In this document: piece after piece, positions 17,883 through 26,858 of the stretch
Layout of the letters: every line of letters starts with the position of its first letter
How positions within the stretch are numbered: the stretch's first letter is position 1
Source: Terriglobales bacterium
GTDB taxonomy: Bacteria > Acidobacteriota > Terriglobia > Terriglobales > SCQP01
NCBI GenBank assembly: GCA_051959955.1
Contig: JBQCEU010000181.1
Location: forward strand, 1 to 60,189
Length of the DNA stretch: 60,189 bases
Direction of reading: 5' to 3'
Notes under the pieces: model-generated
What the model was told of the DNA's origin: nothing
What the model saw: the letters and a program-made list of their open reading frames with translations, nothing else
Databases searched by the model: none
Made by a program: the position numbers and the translations under genes

Positions 17883-19535
17883 TCAATGCGCGCTTTGACG
17901 CGCCAGCAGCACCTGATGGGCGTGCGCTTCCAGCGCCTGCGCCTGCGGCAGCAGGCTCACCGCCTTGGCAACTTCGGGATCCACTTCCATCAGCGTCTTC
18001 CAGCCGTCGTTCAGGCCGTACAGGCTGGAGATGACGCGGAACCGGATCTGCTGCTTCAGCCAGTCGGCGTTGGCGGTCACATCCGCCGGTTTCAGTTCGA
18101 CGTGCTGACCGGCGAGGAAGGCCACGAATTCCTGCAGCGTGCCGGCGTCGGGCTTCCAGCTCTGCGGCACCGATTCGTGCTTGCTCAAAAACTCGTCGGC
18201 AAACTCGTAGAACGCGGTGCGATCCAGGATCATCTGCTGGAAATTGTTCAGATGCTCCGGCGGCAGTGACACATCCGGAGTGATGCCGCCGCCGCCATAG
18301 ACCGTGCGGCCGGTGTCGGTCATCTTCACTTCGCGCTGGCTGAGCGGCGTCTGCTTGTGGTCGTGCACGTAGAAGTAGTCGTAGAGCGATACCCCCTCGT
18401 AGGGGCGTTGGATCAACCGTCCGCTGGGCGTGTAATAGTGCGCCGTGGTCAGCGCCAGGCCGGTGCCGTCATCCAGCCGCATCACCGTCTGCACCAGGCC
18501 CTTGCCGAAGGTGGTCTGGCCCACGATCAGGCCGCGGTCATGATCCTGCACCGCGCCCGAAACGATCTCGGCCGCGCTGGCGGTCATGTTGTTGACCAGC
18601 ACCACCAGGGGAAAATTGTGGCCCCCGTTGCCGTGCAGGGCTGTCAGCACATGCTCGGGAGAGCTGCGGCCGTGGTCGCTGACGATTACCTGATTCCTGG
18701 CCAGGAACAGGTCCGCCACTCCTTGCGCCTGATTGAGCAGGCCGCCGGGATTGTCACGCAAATCCAGCACCACGCCGCGCACCCCGCCGTGCGATTCCAG
18801 ATTGTTCAGGATCGCCGCCATTTCGCTGGTCGTGGTTTCCGTGAATCCGGTGAGGTGGATGTAGGCCACGCCCGGCTCGATCTGGTAGTGCGAATCAATG
18901 CTGTTGTGCTGCACGTCGGCGCGCATCAGGGTGAATTTCAGCAGGTTGGGATGCCCCACCCGCTTCACTTCGATCGTCACCTGGGTGCCGGTCGGTCCTT
19001 TCAGCAGCGTCGCCACCTGATCGGTGCTCATGCCCACGGTGGAGGTGCCGTTCACCGCCATGATCAGGTCGTAGGGCCGCAACCCGGCATTGAAGGCCGG
19101 CGTGCCCTCGAATGGCTGTACCACGCGGCTCTGGTTGTTGCGCGCGTCCACCGCGCCGATCAACATGCCCACGCCGGAGTACCGCCCCTCCTGGTTCTCG
19201 ATCATTTGCGCGAACGCCTTGGGATCCCAGAAGCTGGAGTGGGGGTCCAACTGCCGCAGCATTCCCGGAATCGCTCCATCGTAGATGGCGCGGCTGGCGT
19301 TGACCGGGGCGGCGTAGTTGCTCTCCACCAAGTGGTACACCTGGGCGAACTTCTTCAGGTCCTGCTGGATCACTGCGTCGCTATCGGGCGCGCTGCCGGA
19401 GGCGGGGCTGGTGCTGCTGGCGAACGCCGACTGGGGGGCATAACTGGCCAGCACTTGCGGGCCATACACACCGCCCAGCAGGGCACAAACCGCCAAAACT
19501 AAAAGGATGAGGAGCGGGGTCCGGATTTTAGCCAT
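17883..19535 (-). CDS. S41 carboxy-terminal processing peptidase
   Basis: Has a signal anchor (MAKIRTPLLILLVLAVCALLGG), a PDZ region and the S41 core (GLIVGQTTFGKGLVQ) with a serine context (NNMTASAAEI). Only the 3' 551 codons of the listed 901-aa ORF are credible. Confidence 0.9.
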   Translation of the reverse strand: MAKIRTPLLILLVLAVCALLGGVYGPQVLASYAPQSAFASSTSPASGSAPDSDAVIQQDLKKFAQVYHLVESNYAAPVNASRAIYDGAIPGMLRQLDPHSSFWDPKAFAQMIENQEGRYSGVGMLIGAVDARNNQSRVVQPFEGTPAFNAGLRPYDLIMAVNGTSTVGMSTDQVATLLKGPTGTQVTIEVKRVGHPNLLKFTLMRADVQHNSIDSHYQIEPGVAYIHLTGFTETTTSEMAAILNNLESHGGVRGVVLDLRDNPGGLLNQAQGVADLFLARNQVIVSDHGRSSPEHVLTALHGNGGHNFPLVVLVNNMTASAAEIVSGAVQDHDRGLIVGQTTFGKGLVQTVMRLDDGTGLALTTAHYYTPSGRLIQRPYEGVSLYDYFYVHDHKQTPLSQREVKMTDTGRTVYGGGGITPDVSLPPEHLNNFQQMILDRTAFYEFADEFLSKHESVPQSWKPDAGTLQEFVAFLAGQHVELKPADVTANADWLKQQIRFRVISSLYGLNDGWKTLMEVDPEVAKAVSLLPQAQALEAHAHQVLLARQSAH

Positions 19536-19660
19536 GCGCACAACCGCGAGCCAGAGGCAAGTGGGGCCAACTGCTCGCAGTATATCAGATGCCGACAGGC
19601 TCGCCGCGCCGCCTCCCCGCGCGAGCGCCGTGCCGTTGGCACAGCGGCGCGGAGGGCCCG

Positions 19661-19792
19661 CGCGGAGTTCCGCGCGAAGCTCCGCCTCATCCTCTGGTTG
19701 CGCCGGGCCGGGGCAGAGGGACCCCGGCCCGGCAACTCTGGAGGTTCGGAGAAAGCGGGGTGGCGGCGCAGCCGCCAGGGCCCCCGCGCCAA
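19661..19792. repeat. GC-rich dispersed intergenic repeat, copy A
   Basis: Aligns with 59415-59537 on the same strand. The last 45 nt (ggagaaagCggggtggcggcgcagccgccAGggcccccgcgccaa) match at 42 of 45 positions by my count. It contains a GGCGGC-GCA-GCCGCC hairpin and, in this copy, a 9-bp GGGCCGGGG/CCCCGGCCC stem. Confidence 0.65.
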
Positions 19793-19796
19793 TCAT

Positions 19797-19805
19797 TGCT
19801 ATGAT
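19797..19805 (+). promoter_or_regulatory. Possible extended -10 element (TGCTATGAT) for tatA
   Basis: A TGn-TATGAT element lies 34 nt upstream of the tatA ATG. No convincing -35 is present. Confidence 0.3.
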
Positions 19806-19838
19806 GTTGGCTGGGAAGCTTCTCTCTTCCTCCACACC

Positions 19839-20102
19839 ATGAGCTTTGGCGAGCTGTTGTTTCTGGCAATTCTGGCGCTGCTGGTCTTTGGTCCGCGCAA
19901 GCTGCCGGAGATTGCCCGCACGGTGGGCAAGGTCATGACCGATCTGCGCCGCGCCGGCAATGAGTTCCGCTACTCGCTGGAAGAAGAGATCCGTCGCATT
20001 GAGGTCACCGAGCGTCCCCCGGCCGCCCTCGAAGCGCCGCCCGCGGTGGAAGGAGCGGTGGCGCGGGAACCCGAGCTGCCCAGCACCCCCGCCGCTCCCT
20101 AG
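19839..20102 (+). CDS. tatA: Twin-arginine translocase TatA/TatB-family protein
   Basis: Begins MSFGELLFLAILALLVFGPRKLPEIARTVGK, the canonical TatA/B TM-hinge-amphipathic helix. It lies directly upstream of tatC. Confidence 0.85.
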   Translation: MSFGELLFLAILALLVFGPRKLPEIARTVGKVMTDLRRAGNEFRYSLEEEIRRIEVTERPPAALEAPPAVEGAVAREPELPSTPAAP

Positions 20103-20114
20103 TCCCATTCCCGG

Positions 20115-20912
20115 ATGGCTCTTTTCGATCACTTCCGCTCCGCCCCGCCTCCGCCGGATGGTGGCGCCACCATGTCGTTCCTGCAGCACCTCGAGGAACT
20201 GCGCCGTCGTATTTTTCTGGCCTTGCTGGGCGTGGTGGTTGCCTTTTTTGGCTGCTTCGCTTTCGCCGATGACATTTACGGCTTTATGGAAAAGCCGCTC
20301 ACCGCCATCCTCAAGTCCCACGGGCTCAACCAGCATCTGGTTTACTTCAACCCCATTGATCCTTTCAATCTGTATGTCAAGCTGGGCCTGATCTGTGCCT
20401 TGTTTGTGGCCTCGCCCTGGGTTCTCTACCAGCTCTGGGCTTTTATTTCGCCCGGGCTTTATCCGCGCGAACGGCGCTTCGTCATCCCCTTTGTGCTCGG
20501 CACCTCGACGCTGTTCATCGCCGGCGGCGTGTTCGCCTACCGCTACGCCTTCCCCCTGGCGCTGGATTTTCTCATCGGCTACGCCCACCGCTTTACGCCC
20601 CAGATCAACATCAACGAGTATTTCGATCTGTTCGCCACCGTGGTGCTCGGCTTGGGACTGGTGTTCGAGCTCCCCACCCTGATCTTCTTTCTCTCCCTGC
20701 TGGGGCTGGTCGACGCCCGCTTCCTCATCCGCAATTTCCGTTACGCGGTGTTGATCATCTTTGTACTGGCGGCGGCCATTACTCCCACCGCGGATATCAC
20801 TACCATGATGGTGTTCGCAGCCCCCATGTTGGGCCTCTACGTGCTGGGTATCGGCATCGCCTATCTCTTCGGCAAGGATCGCCGGGCACGCCGGCGCGCC
20901 GCCTCCGCCTGA
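20115..20912 (+). CDS. tatC: Twin-arginine translocase subunit TatC
   Basis: Contains SFLQHLEELRRRI, has a six-TM layout and carries LYQLWAFISPGLY. Confidence 0.95.
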   Translation: MALFDHFRSAPPPPDGGATMSFLQHLEELRRRIFLALLGVVVAFFGCFAFADDIYGFMEKPLTAILKSHGLNQHLVYFNPIDPFNLYVKLGLICALFVASPWVLYQLWAFISPGLYPRERRFVIPFVLGTSTLFIAGGVFAYRYAFPLALDFLIGYAHRFTPQININEYFDLFATVVLGLGLVFELPTLIFFLSLLGLVDARFLIRNFRYAVLIIFVLAAAITPTADITTMMVFAAPMLGLYVLGIGIAYLFGKDRRARRRAASA

Positions 20913-20993
20913 CCGTATGGTTGGGCGGCCGCAGACTCATTCTTAAGGTAGGATTCAGATGGGACACCCGGTCACTGTGGGCCTCCCTACGCG

Positions 20994-21632
20994 ATGAGAC
21001 TGCTAGCGGAACTGGCACACAGCTTCAGCGAGGTCGCACGCTCCATGGGGCTCGTGGGGGTGTTTGCGCTTACTCTCTTTGACGGTTCCTTGCTCTGGCT
21101 TTTGCCCGGTATCAATGACATTGTCCTGATCAGCTTTGTGATTGCCAAGCGCACTCTGGGCTGGGCGGCCCTGGCGGTGGCCGTCGCCACCGCCGGTTCG
21201 GTGCTGGGCGCCATGGCCAGCTATCGCATCGGGCACCGTGGCGGCGCCGACCTGCTGCGCAAGCGCTTTCCTCCCACGCTCTTGAACCGTGTCGAATGCT
21301 GGACCAACCGCCTGGGTGCCATCCCGGTGGGCGTGGCGGCCGTGCTGCCGCCGCCGTTCCCGTACGCTCCGTTCGTCTTCTCCGCTGGCTTGATGAAGGT
21401 GCCGGTCCTCCGCTTCCGCCTTTCGGTCGGGTTGGGCCGCGGCATCCGCTACAGCCTCGACGCCGCCCTGGCCCTCTATTTGGGCCGGCACCTGCTCAAT
21501 CGCCTGAACAGCTTTTATTGGGAGGCGCTGGAGCCGGCGCTGATTCTGGCCGCCGTCGCGCTGTTGGTGTGGGGCGTTTTCCGCCTGCAGTTCGCCAACC
21601 GCGATTCCCAGACCGGACGCTGGCTACAGTAG
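20994..21632 (+). CDS. DedA/YqaA-like (VTT domain) inner-membrane protein
   Basis: A multi-TM protein with RIGHRGGADLLRK and LPPPFPYAPFVFSAGL segments typical of the YqaA/DedA family, assigned from memory. Confidence 0.65.
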   Translation: MRLLAELAHSFSEVARSMGLVGVFALTLFDGSLLWLLPGINDIVLISFVIAKRTLGWAALAVAVATAGSVLGAMASYRIGHRGGADLLRKRFPPTLLNRVECWTNRLGAIPVGVAAVLPPPFPYAPFVFSAGLMKVPVLRFRLSVGLGRGIRYSLDAALALYLGRHLLNRLNSFYWEALEPALILAAVALLVWGVFRLQFANRDSQTGRWLQ

Positions 21633-23174
21633 CTCGGCGAAGCGCACCGGCTCGCCCCGCCGCTGCCAGGAATGCCGGCCGGCCCAGTCAGGGCGGGGGT
21701 GGGGAAAATCGCTGCGGTAATGGGCGCCGCGGCTCTCTTCCCGCGCCCCGGCGGCGCGCACGATGGCGGCCGCCGTAACCGCCGCCAGCGATCCCTCCGC
21801 CGCCAACGGTTCGAGGGCGCGCAGGCCCCGTTGCAGGGCGTCGCCCCGCCGGATCACGCCCGCACAGGCGCTGAGCACGGCCCGTACCTGGCTGAGCACC
21901 GCCGTGTCGTGAGCCGCCAGCTCGGGCCGCGCCTCGCCCGCTTCCGCCTCCTCGTGCCGCGCCGCCACCACGCCGGCCGCCATCGCCCGGCCGGCCCGGG
22001 CGCCGAACACCAGCCCCTCCAGCAACGAATTGCTGGCCAGCCGGTTGGCGCCATGCACGCCGGTGCAGGCGCATTCGCCCGCCGCGAACAGGCCCGGCAG
22101 CGTGGTGCAGCCTGCCAGATCGGTGGCAATGCCGCCCATGGCGTAGTGCGCCGCCGGCCGGATCGGGATCCAGTCTTCCGCCAGGTCCAGCCCGTACTGT
22201 TGCAGCATGGCCGTAATGGACGGAAACCGCCGGTGCAGGTGCGCGGCTTCCACTCCGGTGGCGTCCAGATAGCAGGCCTGGGGTCCGCGGGCCGTGTCGC
22301 CGCCCGCCGCCCACATCTCCTGCTCCAGGGCTCGCGCCACCACATCGCGCGGCGCCAGTTCGGCCGCCGCATGGTAGCGCGGCATGAATCGTTCGCCCGC
22401 GGGGTTGCGCAGCACCGCGCCTTCGCCGCGCAGCGCCTCGGACAACAGAAACCGCGGCGCATTCGCCAGCGCCAGCGCGGTGGGATGAAACTGCACGAAC
22501 TCCATATCCTCCAGCACCGCGCCCGCGCCGTAGGCCAGCGCCGGGCCGTCGCCGGTGGCGATGCCGGGATTGGTCGTCTCCGAATACAGTTGCCCCAGCC
22601 CTCCGGTGGCCAGCAGCACCGCCTCCGCCCGCAGTTGCATCCGCGCGCCCGCCGGCGTGGTGCATTCCAGGCCGGTGATGCGGCCCCGCTCGCTCAGCAG
22701 CCGCATCGCCCGCCCATGCGGCATCCACTGCAGCCGCGGCAGTGCGGCGGCCACCCGCGCCAGCGTGGCCGCAATCTCCCGTCCGGTGGAATCGCCGTGG
22801 GCGTGCAGAATGCGCGAACGCGAATGCGCCGCCTCCCGCGTCCGCTCCAGCCGCGCCCCGCTGCGGTCAAACTCCGCGCCCCAGTCCAGCAGCTCTCCGA
22901 TCGCCGCCGGACCCTCTTCCACCAGCACCTTCACCGCCGCCGGTGACGACAAGCCGGCCCCCGCCGCCAGCGTGTCCTGCTCGTGCAAAGCCACCGTATC
23001 GTCTTCGCCCATGGCCACCGCAATGCCGCCCTGGGCAAACTGGGTGGCCGAATCGCTGACCGCTTCCCGCGTCAGCACCAGCGTATGCGCCTCCGCGCCC
23101 ACTGCCAGCGCCGCCCGCAACCCGGCGATGCCCGAGCCCACAATGATAAAATCCGCGCTCTGGCTCTCGCTCAT
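21624..23174 (-). CDS. nadB: L-aspartate oxidase
   Basis: Has an FAD motif (DFIIVGSGIAGL), VQFHPT, and GANRLASNSLLEGLVFG and RGAHYRSDFP near the C-terminus. I chose the ATG at 23174. Confidence 0.95.
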   Translation of the reverse strand: MSESQSADFIIVGSGIAGLRAALAVGAEAHTLVLTREAVSDSATQFAQGGIAVAMGEDDTVALHEQDTLAAGAGLSSPAAVKVLVEEGPAAIGELLDWGAEFDRSGARLERTREAAHSRSRILHAHGDSTGREIAATLARVAAALPRLQWMPHGRAMRLLSERGRITGLECTTPAGARMQLRAEAVLLATGGLGQLYSETTNPGIATGDGPALAYGAGAVLEDMEFVQFHPTALALANAPRFLLSEALRGEGAVLRNPAGERFMPRYHAAAELAPRDVVARALEQEMWAAGGDTARGPQACYLDATGVEAAHLHRRFPSITAMLQQYGLDLAEDWIPIRPAAHYAMGGIATDLAGCTTLPGLFAAGECACTGVHGANRLASNSLLEGLVFGARAGRAMAAGVVAARHEEAEAGEARPELAAHDTAVLSQVRAVLSACAGVIRRGDALQRGLRALEPLAAEGSLAAVTAAAIVRAAGAREESRGAHYRSDFPHPRPDWAGRHSWQRRGEPVRFAELL

Positions 23175-23205
23175 TTCCCTGTTCTTTACACTACACTGGA
23201 ATCCA

Positions 23206-24378
23206 TTGCCCCACCCCACCCACCACCGCATTCCCGTCGCGCTCGCGCCGCCCTACGACGCCGAAGTCGCGTTCGGTCTTCTCTCGCAAGTGGGGGAGCG
23301 CGTCCGCACCTATCGGCCCGCCGAGGGCAAAGTCATGGTGGTTACGGCGCCTCCCATCCGAAAATTGTGGGGCGCGCCTCTGGAAGCCGGTCTGATCGCC
23401 GCCGGGCTGCCGTTTCACGTCCTGGAACTGCCCGACGGTGAAGCGCACAAGACGCTCGGCGATCTGGAAACGCTGGCCGAAACCATGGTGGCGCAGGGCG
23501 CTGACCGCCACGCCCTGCTGTTGGCTTTTGGCGGCGGCGTGGTGGGCGATGTCGGGGCTTTTCTGGCTTCCATCTACATGCGCGGCATCCCTCTGGTGCA
23601 CGTGCCCACCACGCTGCTGGCCATGGTGGACAGCTCGCTGGGCGGCAAGACCGGCGTCAATCTGCGCTCCGGGAAGAATCTGCTCGGCACCTTCTACCAC
23701 CCCCGCGCCATCCTTGCCGACCCCCAGGTGCTAAAAACCCTGCCCGATCGCGAGTATCGCAGCGGTCTGGCCGAGGCCATCAAATACGGAATCATCGCCG
23801 ATCGCGCCTTGTTCGACGCCATGGCCGGAGAGGCCGCGGCGCTTCGCCGCCGCGATCCGGCCCCGCTCGAGACCGTCATTCCCGCCTGCCTGCGGCACAA
23901 AGCCGCCGTCGTGGTTGCCGATGAGCGCGAGGGAGGCCGCCGCCAGATCCTCAACTTTGGCCATACCCTGGGCCATGCCCTGGAAAGCGCCACCGGCTAC
24001 GAACGCTACCTGCATGGCGAGGCGGTGGCCTGGGGCATGATCGCGGCCGCCCGCATCGCCGTCCACCTTCGCCGTCTTCCGGAATCCGAGTCCCAGCGCA
24101 TCATCGCCGCCATCCTGGCGTTGTGCGGCCCGCTGCCCCCGCTGCTCGAGGATCCGGATCTCCTGCTGCGTCACGCCGCCAGCGATAAAAAGGCCCGGGC
24201 CGGGGTGCTGCACTTTGTGCTGCCCTCGGCGATCGGCGCCGTCGAGGTGGTGCCGGGTGTTCCTGCCGCCGTCATCCGCACCGCGCTGGCCGAGGCCGCC
24301 ACCCTTGGCTCGGACTCTCCTGCCGGTCAAGATCCCGGCGGAACACCACCTGCACCGCCTCGCGCCACTGCTCGTTGA
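23206..24378 (+). CDS. aroB: 3-dehydroquinate synthase
   Basis: Contains FGGGVVGDVGAFLAS, VPTTLLAMVDSSLGGKTGVNL, AEAIKYG and LNFGHTLGHALE. No ATG lies downstream of nadB, so the start is uncertain; TTG at 23206 is proposed. The first ~215 codons of the listed ORF are antisense to nadB. Confidence 0.8.
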   Translation: MPHPTHHRIPVALAPPYDAEVAFGLLSQVGERVRTYRPAEGKVMVVTAPPIRKLWGAPLEAGLIAAGLPFHVLELPDGEAHKTLGDLETLAETMVAQGADRHALLLAFGGGVVGDVGAFLASIYMRGIPLVHVPTTLLAMVDSSLGGKTGVNLRSGKNLLGTFYHPRAILADPQVLKTLPDREYRSGLAEAIKYGIIADRALFDAMAGEAAALRRRDPAPLETVIPACLRHKAAVVVADEREGGRRQILNFGHTLGHALESATGYERYLHGEAVAWGMIAAARIAVHLRRLPESESQRIIAAILALCGPLPPLLEDPDLLLRHAASDKKARAGVLHFVLPSAIGAVEVVPGVPAAVIRTALAEAATLGSDSPAGQDPGGTPPAPPRATAR

Positions 24379-25879
24379 GTCCGAAGCAACTGCACGGCAC
24401 CTCCGGCGACAGCCGTTCCAGCACATGGGCGGTGAGCGGATGCCAGCGCAGGGCCGGCGCCACCAGCCACAGCCGCGGCGGCAGTGGGTTCAGTGGCTGG
24501 CCTGGAAAATAACCGAGACGTTCGAACATTCCCTGCTCGTGGCGGCGCTTCACTTCCAGCCAGTAAGCCAGCGCCTGGACCGGAAATGCCAGGTCTTCGT
24601 CCGCCTTCATTTCGATCACGATCAGCCGTCCATCGCTTCCCCGCGCGAGCAGATCCACCACGCCCAATCCCTGGCCGGTGGTTACCGGTAGCTGCGCATA
24701 CACCGGGCTGCGATTGACATGGGCGTCGAGTACGGCCGGGTCATGGCGGAGAAGGTGCCCCATCCAGGCCTCGGCTTGCGCCGCATAGAGCGGATCGCGC
24801 CTGTCGCCGCCGGGTACGCGCTCCCGGCCCACGGCACGGATCAATTCCTCCAGCAGGGGTTGGGTGGCGGGCAGCAGCGGCGTTTGCTCACGCCCGCAAC
24901 CAAACACGAAGCGCGAGACCGGCGCCGCTTCCGGCTCCGCCTCCTGCACCACGTCCAATCCGTACACTGAAATGCGGCTCCGGCCGTCCGCTCCGGTTTC
25001 CCAGCTTGCCTGCGGGCAGTGCGCGCGCACCTGCTCCAGCAATGCCGCCGCCTCGCGGTCCGGGGCAACCGGGGCGGGCGCGCGCCGCAATCCCTCCAAC
25101 ATATTCCCGGCGCCTTCATTCTCCGACTCCGATCGTGCCAGGCTGCCGGCACTTTTGTCCCACTGGTAGCATTCGAGCGCAGGCTGGGCCCGCAGTCCCG
25201 GCCGCAGCCTCTCGATCCAGCCCGCCATGGAGGGCGGAACGACCAGCCGAACCGCCGGAATCACCGCCTCGGCCCGCCGGCCGCCGCACTGGGCTGCCCA
25301 GACCAGAGCCTGTGCCATCACCGCCGCCGGCTGGGCGCGCGCAGCGGCGATCTCGTCGCCGCTCTCCACCGCGACACAGGGCAGGAGATGTTGTCCACGC
25401 TCCAGCAGCAGACGCTGTACCTGGCTCCGCTCCGGCGCCGGGCCGGAGATGGGCGCCAGCCGCCATCCATGCCAGTCGCGCTGCGCCGCCGCCACGATTG
25501 CTTGCCGGAACTCCAGCCGCCGATTGGGGCCCGCATCCAAGGTATCGGCCGCCACCAGTTCCAGCCGCACGGGGTGCGGCTGGCCCATGCGCACCGCTTC
25601 CATCTCCAGCCTTCCACCCGAATCGTTCGCAACCCCGGTGACCCGGCGAACCAGGTTGCAGTCCAGATCCCAAAGGTGGCACACCAATCGGCTGGCCTCA
25701 GGATGGAGAGAAAAGCCACTGTGCTCGCTGCCCCAGCGGGCGATAACCTGCCCTCGTTCCCGGATCAGGACTTGGGGATGGTTGGCAAAGAACTCACGCA
25801 GCCGCAGCGCCGTCTGCACCGGGTCGCGTTCCAGCGGTCGCGCCCTTCCCGCGCGAACCGGAGTGCCGTGGCTCCTCAT
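24272..25879 (-). CDS. Hypothetical 535-aa protein with a PD-(D/E)xK-like (NucS/restriction-endonuclease-like) C-terminal motif
   Basis: Starts at ATG 25879 (MRSHGTP). The C-terminus GVVDLLARGSDGRLIVIEMKADED fits a D...E-x-K nuclease core. The N-terminal ~400 aa has no motif I recognise. The upstream part of the listed 866-aa ORF is antisense to the sigma factor genes. Confidence 0.6.
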   Translation of the reverse strand: MRSHGTPVRAGRARPLERDPVQTALRLREFFANHPQVLIRERGQVIARWGSEHSGFSLHPEASRLVCHLWDLDCNLVRRVTGVANDSGGRLEMEAVRMGQPHPVRLELVAADTLDAGPNRRLEFRQAIVAAAQRDWHGWRLAPISGPAPERSQVQRLLLERGQHLLPCVAVESGDEIAAARAQPAAVMAQALVWAAQCGGRRAEAVIPAVRLVVPPSMAGWIERLRPGLRAQPALECYQWDKSAGSLARSESENEGAGNMLEGLRRAPAPVAPDREAAALLEQVRAHCPQASWETGADGRSRISVYGLDVVQEAEPEAAPVSRFVFGCGREQTPLLPATQPLLEELIRAVGRERVPGGDRRDPLYAAQAEAWMGHLLRHDPAVLDAHVNRSPVYAQLPVTTGQGLGVVDLLARGSDGRLIVIEMKADEDLAFPVQALAYWLEVKRRHEQGMFERLGYFPGQPLNPLPPRLWLVAPALRWHPLTAHVLERLSPEVPCSCFGLNEQWREAVQVVFRRDLDRQESPSQGWRPRPARCG

Positions 25880-25972
25880 CCCCGCAGAGTAGCGCAGCCG
25901 CGGCTCAGGAGGCAGCCCGCTCCGCCCTTTTGTGGGGGAACAAGCCAATGTTAAACTGCCATCAGCAGTACC

Positions 25973-26590
25973 ATGGCAACCCACCTCGAGCCGGTAGCCG
26001 CGGCTTCCTCCTACAGCGACGAACACGAACTGGTGCGCCGCGCCCAATCGGGCGATCTGTCGGCGTTCGAGGTCATCGTGCAGCGCTACGAGCACCGCAT
26101 CTATCGCCTGGTGCAGCGCATGTTGGCCAACACCGCCGATACCGAGGATGTGCTGCAGGAGACCTTCCTCAAGGTCTTCTCCAAGCTCAAGCAGTTCCAG
26201 GAGCAGTCGAAGCTGTACACCTGGATCGTGCGCATCGCCGTCAACGAAGCCTTGATGAAGTTGCGCAAACGCCGCGGCAATGTCATCTCGCTCGACGCCG
26301 ACGTGCCTTCGGAAGAAGGCCCGATGCCGCGGGAAATCGAAGACAAGCATCCCAACCCCGAGCTCCAGTACCAGACGAGTGAACTGGGGGATCTGCTGCA
26401 GCACAGCCTGGAGGCGCTGCCGCTCGGTTACCGCGTGGTCTTTCAACTGCGGGATGTCGAGGAGCTGTCCACCGCGGAAACCGCGGAAATGCTGGGGTTG
26501 AGCGAGGCGGCGGTCAAATCGCGCCTGCTGCGCGCGCGGTTGCAGTTGCACCAGCGCCTGCGGCGCCATGTCAACCGGGAAGGAGCCTGA
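25973..26590 (+). CDS. ECF (group IV) RNA polymerase sigma factor
   Basis: Region 2 is FEVIVQRYEHRIYRLVQRML...DVLQETFLKVF...WIVRIAVNEALMKLRKR. Region 4 is LRDVEELSTAETAEMLGLSEAAVKSRLLRAR. Confidence 0.9.
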   Translation: MATHLEPVAAASSYSDEHELVRRAQSGDLSAFEVIVQRYEHRIYRLVQRMLANTADTEDVLQETFLKVFSKLKQFQEQSKLYTWIVRIAVNEALMKLRKRRGNVISLDADVPSEEGPMPREIEDKHPNPELQYQTSELGDLLQHSLEALPLGYRVVFQLRDVEELSTAETAEMLGLSEAAVKSRLLRARLQLHQRLRRHVNREGA

Positions 26591-26595
26591 TCCAC

Positions 26596-26850
26596 ATGAA
26601 CTGTCGCGAGCTGCTCGAGCAACTGGAGAGCCTGCTGGACGGCGGCGCCGAGCGCAGCCCCGCCCTGCGGCAGCATCTGGCCATCTGTTCCGGCTGCCGC
26701 CAGCTCGTGGCCACCTGCCGCCAGACCATCCACTATTACCGCAGCGAGCCCGCGCCCCCCATCCCCGCCGCGCTGCATCGCAAACTGATGGAGAAGGTGA
26801 ATGGCAAGGCCGCGCCGCTTGCCCCCCGGCGTCCGCCCGCGAGCAGCTAG
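26596..26850 (+). CDS. Soluble zinc-binding anti-sigma factor (ZAS, zf-HC2)
   Basis: Has an H-x3-C-x2-C motif (HLAICSGC) plus an N-terminal Cys. It is 84 aa with no TM segment and starts 5 nt after the sigma factor stop. Confidence 0.75.
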   Translation: MNCRELLEQLESLLDGGAERSPALRQHLAICSGCRQLVATCRQTIHYYRSEPAPPIPAALHRKLMEKVNGKAAPLAPRRPPASS

Positions 26851-26858
26851 GAGACGAC

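Noticed and set aside
19698-19838. The N-terminal extension of the tatA ORF (listed start 19698).
   Set aside because: The extension is the translation of intergenic repeat copy A. TatA homology begins exactly at the ATG at 19839.
19536-20588. The upstream two-fifths of the listed 901-aa minus-strand ORF (17883-20588).
   Set aside because: This part runs antisense through tatA, tatC and the intergenic repeat. The S41 protease has a clean ATG plus signal anchor at 19535, so only 17883-19535 is kept.
22555-23205. The N-terminal ~215 codons of the listed 607-aa aroB ORF.
   Set aside because: It is antisense to nadB and low complexity (S/A/P/R-rich). AroB homology begins only after nadB ends.
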